Source: Octopus sinensis (Eukaryota). From it: 64,000 nt of DNA. Made by a program: the position numbers and the translations under genes. The stretch is from assembly GCF_006345805.1 (NCBI RefSeq), contig NC_043000.1, forward strand, positions 97,278,001-97,342,000, written 5' to 3'. The notes below the pieces were generated by a model, which was not told the origin of the DNA, searched no databases, and saw only the letters and a program-made list of their open reading frames with translations. Below are positions 40,481 to 52,638 of the stretch, piece by piece (the stretch's first letter is position 1; the number at the start of each line of letters is the position of its first letter).

Positions 40481-40620
40481 TCGGGCTTCTTTCAGTTTCC
40501 GTTTATCAAATTCATTCACAAGGTTTTGATCGGCCCGAGGTTATAGTAGAAGACATTTGCCAAGGTGCCACGCAGTGAAACTGAACCTGAAACCGTGTGG
40601 TTTGGAAGCAAGCTTCTTAC
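39947..40620 (-). mobile_element. SINE family A interrupted by a Penelope-like fragment (40192-40395)
   Basis: The 3' half (39947-40170) and 5' half (40400-40620) flank the AGTTGAAATTTACAGAAAAAC repeat, which sits in the internal microsatellite. Confidence 0.8.
40282..40319 (-). ncRNA. Minimal hammerhead-like motif with U at position 6
   Basis: CCUUU-CUGUUGA-A-GAGC-GUAG-GCUU-GAAAC-GUA-AAAGG, with a 5-bp helix I. Confidence 0.5.
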
Positions 40621-40970
40621 TATAATATTATATAATATTGTATATACACAGAGAGAAGGCGAAAGAGACAGAGAGAAACATAAATGTATACCCATATGCT
40701 GGTCATACATACATGTGAGTGGGTACGTATACATGTGAATACGCACATGCGCGCGCGTGTATATATGTATATAATGCACACACACCACACGCACACACAC
40801 GCACACCCCACAAGCACATCACACAAGCACATACATGCATCTGGCAAGTAATGTAGTTTGTAAGTGTAAGCAAAAAACTGGTGTGTATATATGTATATAT
40901 ATCTGCATCTGTGTAACTGCATTATTATTATGTATGAACATGTGTGTATATATGTGTGTATATATGTAGG

Positions 40971-41019
<49 letters not shown>

Positions 41020-41086
41020 TATATAAAATATATATATATATACATACAAATTATATATATATACACACACAAATATATATATATGC

Positions 41087-41131
<45 letters not shown>

Positions 41132-42695
41132 CTTATATACACGCAGGCAATCATACACACATGTCTACAAGTCTACAATGTTTCTATTACACCCTGAAAA
41201 GACAGAATATAAATGATTTTGGCAATTTCTTTCATTTCGTTTGCTCTCTGCTTATTGGAAACAATTTATTTTTGCTTTTGTTGCCTTCTTTCGTTTCTTG
41301 CTATTTATTCATCTTCCTTCGCGGGTTTTCTTTTTTTTTTTTTGTTTTTTTCTTATGACAGACTCTCACACATTGTCGTTCCTTCAATTGCTCTTGGGGG
41401 TTAAGTAGCTTATTCCCAACAACTTCAAGAATTCTACCATGTCTCTTTAAATTGTTTGAATTTTTTCTTGTGTGTCTATTTGTTTATATTTCTGTTTGTT
41501 ATTGCATTTTATTATTGTCATATCTGTTAAGGAGACGAAATGTCGACGCATTTTATTTATTTATTCATATATTTGTTTATTTATTTATTTATTTATTTAT
41601 GTACGACATTGTATAAGAGTTAGCTATGGCAAATCCTATTATTCGAAAACTTTTAATAGTTCATACGAAGAATGGTAAAATGGGCCGAATCGGTAGAGCG
41701 TATGACAACGTACACTTTACATTTAATTCTTCTTTCAGTATCCGATTACTTCCCTTTACGTTCTTCTTTCGAATGTTTTAGTTGTTTAGTATGCGTTCTT
41801 TGACATTTATGACGTATTGTAGGAATATAGTTGGACTTCACTACTGTATTTTACCGACTGCAAAATGATGAAAAGCTAAGTTAGCCACGGCAGGATTAGG
41901 ACCACCTTCTCGAAGAAGATTTTGCTCAATGATACATCCATATTGTATCACGTTGAATGCGATGAGTGAGATTCGTCTGGTTACCTGCTTGCCATTAGAA
42001 AAGTTGGGACTTTGAATTACGTGTGACAGTGACGGGCAATCGTACATGTCTGTTTGTGCGTGAGTCTATATACACATACATACATACATATATACATACA
42101 TATATATATATATGGTACTCCAGCATGGCTGTAGTCAAATGACTGAAACACATAAAAGAATATATATATATATATTATATAGAGGGCATTATTACACATA
42201 AATGCCACACGCTAGGAGGGACTTTTAAAGTCATAACTACCAAAAATAAACGAATCGTACCGAATGCATCTCTCGAAGCAAGACATTTAAAAGCAGAATT
42301 TAGTTCCAGATCACCTGTGATTTCGCAATTAACGTATTATCTACGTCTCTTGTTCTTCAGTGAAACGAATTCAAAATATATCATGAACGAACAAAACCAA
42401 CATACCCGGCGGAACCCAACAGACAACCGTCGCCTCCATCGTAGCACATGAAAATGTTCACTCCTCATATATTTATGTAAATGGCGGGCTTTTTCGAACT
42501 GCATTTAAATGGCGGGCTTTTTCGAACTGCATTTAAATTATATATATATATATATATATATATTAGAAGAAATGAGGTAATCAGAAGATGGTTTGTATTT
42601 ACAGATATTTATTTATATATTACATTTTTTACATATATATCATATCACTTAGTTCATTAGCGCTTTCTCCCATTATACACTCACCTATTATATAT

Positions 42696-42927
42696 ACTCT
42701 TATTCTTTTACTTATTTCAGCCATTTGACAGCGGCCATGCTGGAGCACCGCCTTTAGTCCAAGAAATCGACTCCATGACTCCATAGCTTATTCTTTGTAA
42801 GCCTAGTACTTATTCTATCGGTGTCTTTTGCCGAACTGCTAAATTACGGGGACGTAAACACACCAGCATCGGTTGTCAAGTGATGTTGGGGGACAAACAC
42901 AGACACACAAACATATACACACACATG

Positions 42928-42973
<46 letters not shown>

Positions 42974-43137
42974 TACTATGGGCTTCTTTCAGTTTCCGTC
43001 TACCAAATCCACTCAAAAGCTTTGGTCGGCACGAGGTTATAGTAGAAGACACTTGCCCAAGGTGCCAAGCAGTGGGAATGAACCCGGAACCATGTGTTTG
43101 GTAAACAAGCTACTTACCACACAGCCATTCTTGCGTT
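42696..43137 (-). mobile_element. SINE family A, full length
   Basis: Aligns end to end with 27016-27430. Confidence 0.85.
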
Positions 43138-43156
43138 TATATAGACATACATAAAA

Positions 43157-43212
<56 letters not shown>

Positions 43213-43213
43213 T

Positions 43214-43280
<67 letters not shown>

Positions 43281-43821
43281 TCTTTTGCTCCTTTCTTGTT
43301 TTTATTACGCTGTGGCAAAGCTGGCCGGTCGTCTTCAAGGGTTTTGGTTGCTTATAACGACGTGGTTCTCATTCAGTCTGATAATAAATTTTATCAACTA
43401 TTTTATCAAATGGCTAAGTTAATTCGTCGCTCTGCGCACATCTCGATCAGGCGTGTCTGACGGTATCACCATACCTGTTAAGTTTATTCCAAAACGACAA
43501 TGTCCCACGGTACCATTACCAAGTCAGGGATTTTTGGAAGTTATATCTGTGTCCCGACTTGAAATTTTTCCAGAACAGATCAGATGGAACAATTGATTTT
43601 CCTCGACACCCAGAGTTTCCCCGAGCCGACTGTTGCTCTTACCTACCACTAATCCCTAACAGAGCGCCATGGCAGAACATCCACCGACAACATTGCCCGA
43701 CGAGGGAAGTGTCCTGGAAGAGATATCGCAGACTCTGTTCTGTACATCATTAGCTACGGCATACCCAGTCCTCCATGCAGTAAATGTTGACTGCCTGGCC
43801 AACAGAATCCGCCCACTTCAC

Positions 43822-43966
43822 AGAAGAAGAAGAAGAAGAAGAAGAAGAAGAAGAAGAAGAAGAAGAAGAAGAAGAAGAAGAAGAAGAAGAAGAAGAAGAA
43901 AAGAAGAAGAAGAATAGTGGTAATAACAATATCAACAAGAACGACGACGACGGTGACGACATCGAC

Positions 43967-44018
<52 letters not shown>
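43822..44018. repeat. (GAA)n followed by (GAC)n/(GAT)n microsatellites
   Basis: Direct reading. Confidence 0.95.
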
Positions 44019-44176
44019 CATTTGGCTCGTGATCGTTTGAGATACAGCGATAATATACAAGCTGAATAACCTTAGCTATGTTAAATTTAACCATGTTCAC
44101 TTTTTGAAGTTGAGAGTAAACATTTCCCATATATATGAATGTATGAATACATATATGGTAGGGGATGCTAAAGATG

Positions 44177-44220
<44 letters not shown>

Positions 44221-44265
44221 CAGACAGACAGACAGACTGACTGACAAACAGATAGATAGATAGAT

Positions 44266-44311
<46 letters not shown>

Positions 44312-44473
44312 GGACAAACAGACAGACAGACAGACAGTTAGATAGATACATACATACATACATACATACACACATCAGGTGATTATTTGATTGATTGATT
44401 AATAGATATAGTTGTTTATTGAAACTAATTGTTTATCCCACGGCTCAAGTTTCACGCAATGCATATAAGAGTC

Positions 44474-44504
<31 letters not shown>

Positions 44505-44547
44505 ACATGTACATACATGTACATATTTACATGCAAGCATAGTTGTA

Positions 44548-44600
<53 letters not shown>

Positions 44601-45799
44601 TATATATATACACACAAGGTATGTAGTCACAGGTCCAAAACGAGAGAAGAAAGGGGCTGTAATTCCGACATATTAGCTTGAAGATGAAATATTACTTTGA
44701 AGTCAACAGGCCTAAATCATTTATTGAAGATTAGATCTCATTATGAAAATATCAGCCAATGGATCACCTTAATTTACACTTCAGATTTGTCGCTATTTAT
44801 CACACTTCGGTTTTTATTCCATTTGTCACACGTTCGCTTTGAAGCCATTTATCACACTTTGATGTGATAAACTGAGTCAATTACTTGACTTCACTAACGT
44901 TATTAAACTATGTTATATAGACTGTAGACTGCAGCATTAGTTGAAGCTACAGTCGCTCGTTCGGTTTTCAAAGTTACAATTTGGTTCGAAAAGTGACAAC
45001 TGGAAGTGGAACTTCAGGATCGAGTGTGAAATTAGTTTTTCTCCTAGTAAATCTAAATATATATTTCTCTTCGGATTATTATCCTTAACTTTTGATACAA
45101 GCACACACACACGTGTGTGTGCGTGTATATATATATAGAAGTATAAAATATTTGTTTTTATGTCAAGAGATAAATACAATTTTACATTAAACTGAAGACT
45201 ACTCGATTCTTTTTATACAGTAGATGTATGTATATATTTATGTATGTATGTATATATGTATGCATGTGTGTGTGTGTTTGTGTGTGTGTATGATATTTTG
45301 CAAGAAATACTGACGATAATGGCTTCGTAGTCTCGACTTGCGAATTTTCATTGGACAATCTGATGAAAGCTAGCAGTGCAAAACTTCGAAGTCACAGTTA
45401 CCAGTCTCACTTCTTGATAGTATAATGGTATTTATCCCCGCCTTTAATGCAAGGGAACGAGGCTCAATTCCCACCGATGAGGTTAAACTCTTGGGTGCAG
45501 ACGTGGCAATGTAGCAAGAAGTTTGCTTTACAACCACATGGATCTGGCTTAAATCCTACAACTAAAGCAACAACGAATATATGTGCGTGTATGTGTGTGT
45601 TTTTGTATACCTAGAAAGATATTTATAAACATTTACTCAGGTACACATACATATCCACATATAAACAAGCGCGCGCATACACATTCACGCATATACACAG
45701 AAACAAACAGACAGCAAAACACATACAATTCTGACCAAATTCATTACCATGTGAACAGCCATACTCACATGTGCTTGTAAGGTCACATCAGCACACATA

Positions 45800-46079
45800 A
45801 TGCATTGTTGTTTGTTCCTTCTCGAACCATACCGGTTTCCCGGTTTCATTGGTGTTTCATTGGCATTCCCGGTTTCATTGGTTCCCTACCTGGACGGATG
45901 CCGGTCCGTCATAGATGAGCTGCTAGATCCATGAGGAAAGAATGAGAGAAAGTTGGTAGCAGAAGTTCGCCGGAACCGCGTGCAGTTCTGGTGTTTCGCT
46001 CACCCCTCGGTCTGAGATTCGAACCCGCGATTTCTCGACCGCGAATCCGCTGCTCTAACCACTAGGCCATGTGCCTTCG
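45800..46079 (-). mobile_element. tRNA-derived SINE family C
   Basis: A-box TGGCCTAGTGG and B-box GGGTTCGAATC. The 3' region has short tandem repeats and a GAAGGAACAAAC end. Confidence 0.75.
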
Positions 46080-46939
46080 CACATCATGCGTAAGCGTACA
46101 GAAATATATACAAATGTATGCAAATGTAAGCCACTCCACAAGGACACGTTTTCATAATATCATGTACTTTTAACGCTTTCTGTTATTAAACCGCATAATT
46201 ATTCCGCAAACTTTGTACCACCAATATTTATTCATTCATTTAATCATGTATTTATGCATTTATGTATTTATGAGACTTTTCTAATTTTTATATCATTTAA
46301 TATATTTTTTATTATATTTTCCTATGTCTCTGGCGATAACATTTAATATGTAACCATTCCTACTACGAATTTATACTGATTGTTAACCATTTCTTGAATT
46401 ATTGCTAAATAATTATTCTGCATTCTTTATTTCATGTGTAAATTCTATAAATTCTCATACTTATATATTTTTATATATTGACGCAGGTTTGCTTACGATC
46501 AACAATGAACAATATTCTGGGTTAAGCTTGTTCCGAGTTCCTTAGGCACATGTCTACAAAGATAGACCCGGACCGACAAAAGCCTTATCAGTAGATTTAG
46601 GATTTAGTGGGTGGAAATTGAAAAAAGTATATATATATAAATATTTCTCTAATTCCCTTTTTCTCCCCTTCACCGTTTTCTATCTGTCTCTCTCTCCCAC
46701 TTTCCCCTTTTCTCTCTCTCTCTCTCGTTGCTCATACGTAACCATCGTCCATCTTTCTTTCTCTCCAGGGCGTCGAAAGGATTGGATGTCTTCTATAACT
46801 CTCTCTTCTATCTTTTCAACTGATGAAGGGTCATTCTTTGTGTTACTTGCCCTGTTTTCGATTTTTTCTCTCGTTGTTTGCGTATTTAACTCATTTGTTT
46901 TCGTATTTCACGTTGTTTACTGTTGGTGACGTCCTGTAC

Positions 46940-47022
<83 letters not shown>

Positions 47023-47026
47023 TATA

Positions 47027-47097
<71 letters not shown>

Positions 47098-47138
47098 TAT
47101 AGATAGATAGATAGATAGATGCATGCATGTATGTATAT

Positions 47139-47285
47139 GTCTGTGCGTGTCTTTGGGTTTGAATTTATCCCTATCACTGTTTGACAACTGGCGTTGGTTA
47201 AATATGAGGCTTAAACATTGTTGGTGATTTTGTTCGACTAAAGCCCCAGCATGGCCGCAGTCCATTGACTGAAACAAGTAAAAGG
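47139..47285 (+). mobile_element. SINE family A, 3' fragment
   Basis: CAGCATGGCCGCAGTCCATTGACTGAAACAAGTAAAAG tail. Confidence 0.7.
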
Positions 47286-47559
47286 TAAGAGATATCCTAT
47301 GTATATATAGTAGATATCTGTCGTTCAACGATGAGTATAAATTTGCTGAGCATTTTACAGGCAGATGCATTCTTACCGTAAATTCCAGGGCAGAATCATC
47401 GCGAACCGAGAATGTGACCAAGTTTGTTTCTTTTGAGTTAAAGGTTAAATAAACCCATGTATGTATATGATGGTAGTCTCTCGTAGTCCGAGAAAGGCCA
47501 TTCTGTAATTTCTTGCTGAACAGATGAGTGGTTTATAATGAGCAAATGATTGTGCTGTA

Positions 47560-47760
47560 CATTTATTCACTCTCTCCATCAACTCAACGTTGCTTGAACC
47601 GGTGCACGGTGTACTATACATCAGATGTCGAAGTGGTCACAGAGCAACGTGAGATGAAGTGTTTTTGCTCAAGAACACCACGCACCACTCGATCCAGAAT
47701 TGAAACTACAACCTCGCGATAATGACTGCATCACCCTAACCATTCGGCCAGGTGCCCTCA
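47560..47760 (-). mobile_element. tRNA-derived SINE family C-like
   Basis: Head TGGCCGAATGGTTAGGG and CORE-like GTTCTTGAGCAAAAACAC. Confidence 0.65.
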
Positions 47761-48761
47761 CATATGTATGCGTATGAATAATCATTCAGGTGATTATATT
47801 TTCATTTATGAATATATATGATGCATACAAGTATTTGTGTAACTTTGTGGACATCCATGCATTATGAGTATCCATATATTTCGAAGTTTTTTTATTTCTG
47901 TATCTTTGGATATTTGCAATTTGTATTTTGTAAATTTGTATATCTATTGTTCATGCACTGATGCTCGTCTACATATACAAATGTGTCCATGCATAGAAGG
48001 ATATTTTTGCATATATCTGTATAATTTTGCGTGCACACTTGCGTGCATGTATGGTATCATAAAAGTATCGTGCATGTGTGTAAGTGTACATATGAAACGT
48101 GTGAAAATGTGTGTGTGTCACTGCATGTGCAGGCGGGACATGTATTTATACCTCAATATGTATGCATACGCGTGTACATCCATGTGGACATGGATGTATA
48201 TATATATATATATATATATGTGGTGTGTGTGTGTGTTGTGTGTGTGTGTGTGTATACACACACATTTAGATGTATATATTAACTATTTCTTTGCGTGTGT
48301 CTGTGTATATGTCTCTGCCTGCATGTACACAAATTCGGTTTTCTATATAACCGTATTTAATTATATCTGTATGTGCTTGTGTGTCTACGTTTATGCATAA
48401 CACACCGCATATACAAACAGAGTATTAGCAAATAGAATAGAGGCTATGAAATGACCTGCAGCTGAGTTATAGCTGACAGAAACCCTTTCGGTAAATTCAC
48501 AGGCATCTGTGAAAGAATATTTACTAGCTTATCACTAGAAAATGGAAATTCCACAAAAAAGGATACACACACCTCGATTTAAAATTCTTTCATTGGAAAA
48601 TCTTAAAACATATCTATTAAGTAAGCACTGGTTTTCACACCACATCTGCGTCTGTGTGTGTGTTTGTGTTTGTGTGTGTGCCTGTGTGTGATTGAGTGTG
48701 TGTATGTACTTCTATATGTTTACAAATGTGTGTGTACTTCCATATGTTTGTGTATGCTTCC

Positions 48762-48804
<43 letters not shown>

Positions 48805-49266
48805 GTGTGTGTGTGTACTCCCACATATTCACATATGTGTGCGTACTTCCATATGTTCTATATGTGTGTACTTCCATATGAATACTTCCATATGTTCATT
48901 TATTAACACGAATTTCTGAAAAAATAATTTCAATAAACACCGTATCTTCATGTTTTCTACTAAAGAAATTCTTATAAATTCTCATGTATAATTTTTTCCA
49001 TACATATAATTTTACGTTTGTTTTTGTTTTGTTTTTTTTTTTTCGTTTTGTTTTTTTCTTTCAGGTTGTTATATCCTTCTACGGCGAACAATAATTAACG
49101 GTCGTCGACGTGTAGAAATTTTAGTTCCCTATTATCAACTGGTTGGTCTTTTGGCTTCCTTAAATACACATTGATCATAAATACTTATAGAACTCTGAAA
49201 ATAATATGGCGTTTATAATTGGTTAAATACCTGTGATAACACGCGCGCGCGCACACACATACACAC

Positions 49267-49333
<67 letters not shown>

Positions 49334-50030
49334 TAATATACTATATACATATATGTATATGCATATATATATATACATATATACATATATGTATATATAG
49401 TCATATATATACATATACATATATACATATATGTATATATATGTATATAATATATATATATATGTATGTATATATATATATACATACATATATATATATA
49501 TACATATACATATAAATATATATATATATGTATTTATATATATATATACACACACATCCACACCGCAACCTATTCCAGTACATTAGTAAATGACTAAATA
49601 AATAGATAAATAAATGGTGAATAGGAAGGGGGGTCCCCCTTCTCTCTCTCTCCCTCTCCCTACCTATCTACCTATCTGTCTGACTATCTATCAATCCATA
49701 CATTTATCTATCTACCAGCCTATCTACCTACCTATATTTCTATCTATCCATCTCTATTGTCAATGGAACCTCATCCCCACAAAACAAAAAAAAAACTATG
49801 TTCTCTTCTTCTAAACAAAACCCCGCCAAAATATCTGTTTTATATAAATGAACAAAGTATTTGTACATTCACAAAATTTTATTTGACAAGTTCCAGAAAC
49901 GAACGTAAACGCTAATAATAATAAAGAAATAAAAAGATTTTTTTTCTAAAATCCTGACTACATTTTTTCTCAATATTCACTTTCTGTACATCACATCTAA
50001 TGCTGTATACAAACACACACACACATATAT

Positions 50031-50143
<113 letters not shown>

Positions 50144-50297
50144 TATATATATATTATATATATATATATTATATATTACGGAGATGTACTTGCATAGCAA
50201 GTGATTTGATCTGAGATCGTGTGCTGAAACGAAGACAATTGCAGCGTGGAAGGTGTTTGTAAGCCATTTAAGAAACACACAAAAGCCGTTCGATTCA

Positions 50298-50346
50298 TTG
50301 TCAGTGAACAGGTCGCGTTCTTAGAGTGACGAAAATATTTTGACAA
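50298..50346 (+). ncRNA. Candidate minimal type I hammerhead with G3:C8 swapped core
   Basis: UUGUCA-GUGAACA-G-GUCGC-GUUCUUAGA-GUGAC-GAAAA-UA-UUU-UGACAA. Confidence 0.55.
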
Positions 50347-50381
50347 ATTAAACTTAAATGTTGAAGTGAATCGAACGGCTT

Positions 50382-50477
<96 letters not shown>

Positions 50478-50598
50478 TACGGAGATGTACTTGCATAGCA
50501 AGTGATTTGATCTGAGATCGTGTGCTGAAACGAAGACAATTGCAGCGTGGAAGGTGTTTGTAAGCCATTTAAGAAACACACAAAAGCCGTTCGATTCA

Positions 50599-50647
50599 TT
50601 GTCAGTGAACAGGTCGCGTTCTTAGAGTGACGAAAATATTTTGACAA
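50599..50647 (+). ncRNA. Second copy of the G3:C8 hammerhead candidate
   Basis: Identical to 50298-50346. Confidence 0.55.
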
Positions 50648-50686
50648 ATTAAACTTACATGTTGAAGTGAATCGAACGGCTTTGTG

Positions 50687-50804
<118 letters not shown>

Positions 50805-50819
50805 ATATATAAAGATAAA

Positions 50820-50972
50820 TACGACAGGTTTCTTTAAGTTTTTCGTCTACCAAATCCACTCACACGGCTTTGGTCGGCCCGAGGTTATAGTAGAAGGCAC
50901 TTGCCCAAGGTGCCACGCAGTGGTTGGTAAGAACTATGTGTTTGGTACGCAAGCTACTTACCACACAGCCAT
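50820..50972 (-). mobile_element. SINE family A, 5' half
   Basis: Head and CORE-like body. Confidence 0.75.
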
Positions 50973-51091
50973 ATATGTAGTATGTATATATACATATACA
51001 TATATGTATATATATATATATACATATATACATATACATATATGTATACATATATATACATATACATATATATATATTATATACATATATA

Positions 51092-51172
<81 letters not shown>

Positions 51173-52638
51173 TATGTGTGTGTGTGTGTATGTTTGTTCG
51201 TATGTATGTATGTATTCTAGGTGTTGGACCCGGCATTGCTCGTGTTATCAGTGTCCACCTCTCACCTCGTATTGAAATTTTCTACGTTCCCCGTGCCAGC
51301 CATTACCCATTAAGATGCTTATATCTGGTTCGGCAGGGATTTTACCCGGTTAACGCTTTCCACATACTCCTACATACTAGACCGTCAAAAATTTTGGTGT
51401 GCCTCGACTCGTTGAGAGTGAGGTTTGTTTATTTCTCTCCCTTTTATGCCACCCTCTGTACAAAATTGATCAGCATGTCCAATCTCAGTAAAATCCGAAG
51501 AAACGATTTAAGGTTATGTCATAAAATAGGATCCATGTAACTATTTAGATGAAAATATCCCAATGACTTTTAAATTCCAATGCATTATATAAATAATCGA
51601 TATTTCATATGTCGAAGTGCTTAATTTTACTCATGGGTAAATTTTCTTCAAAATCAGTCCATTATTTTAGTGTGAGTGAATTTTGATGATTTCTGTCTTT
51701 CACCAGTTTAATTTTAATTAATACATGACTCCGACCATAAACTTTACCTAAGTTTCAAATTTCATCAAAATCGGATGAATTCTGTAACAGTTACAGCATA
51801 AAATATTAATCCTATGGGTAATTGCATACCAAAAGCCTATTGATTTTCTAAAATCGCAATTATCGATTTTTTGTCAACTCTTCATGCTGGCATCAACTAA
51901 TGGACGTAAACTGTAATCACGTGTAAAATTTCTACGAAAACGATAAGAATGTCTCTAATGAAATGTTTATTTGTATTTGTGCCCTTTTCAAGCTCTTTTA
52001 AATAAAATAAAAAGCTTTACCATCTCCCCCACCACAAAATTTACCTACAACTCAAATTTCATTAAAATCGGATTAAAAATGTTACGGCCAAAAATAAAAT
52101 CCCTATGGGTATTTGCACACAAAAAGCCTACTGATTTTATAAAACCACTGCTCAGGCGCAATTATTGAGTTTTTGTCAAAACCCCATATTTTTCATGACG
52201 GTCATCATTTTCGTAGGGCATCAGTCCGTTCATTTCTGGTGCTAAATGGTTTTGCACGTGTAGTTTTTCGTACTTTCTGTATAGCAAGTTTAAAGTAAGT
52301 ACTTTCCGATTGTTATTCTTGGGTTGAATAATACCGGTATTATTTAATTTATTAAATTTTTTTCTGCACACAGTGTTTGCGGGCGGAGATGGTCTGATGT
52401 TGATTGGATTGTAATGTAGCGAGCGTGTTTACATACGCTGTGCGAGCAATGGAGATGATATACAGTTAAATACATCATTTCATTTGGGAAATAGAAATAA
52501 ATTTCAATGAGCAGCCTTTTATCGGTCTCACATGTTACACGTCCCCGGTGTATCTTATTATTATAATAATTTTTTTTCTCTCTAGTTTCAGCTCAGAGCT
52601 GTGGCCATGCTAATGCACCGCCGTTTTGTGCTACACTG

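Noticed and set aside
43715-43765. Peptide DIADSVLYIIS resembling the C-terminus of short-chain dehydrogenases
   Set aside because: It is a short match with no splice signals or other SDR motifs, so it is likely chance.
45990-46079. tRNA-like sequence with A and B boxes
   Set aside because: It continues into a SINE body and has multiple diverged relatives, so it is a SINE head rather than a tRNA gene. The same applies to the other SINE heads.
46815-46860. CUGAUGAAGGG on the plus strand
   Set aside because: There is no downstream GAAAC in register; it is probably a deleted Penelope-like terminus.
52369-52375. CACAGTG heptamer (RSS/Transib-like) near degenerate approximately 290-bp repeats at 51740-52180
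   Set aside because: There is no nonamer at 12 or 23 bp and no matching second terminus was found. The repeats are probably DNA-transposon subterminal remnants but cannot be classified.
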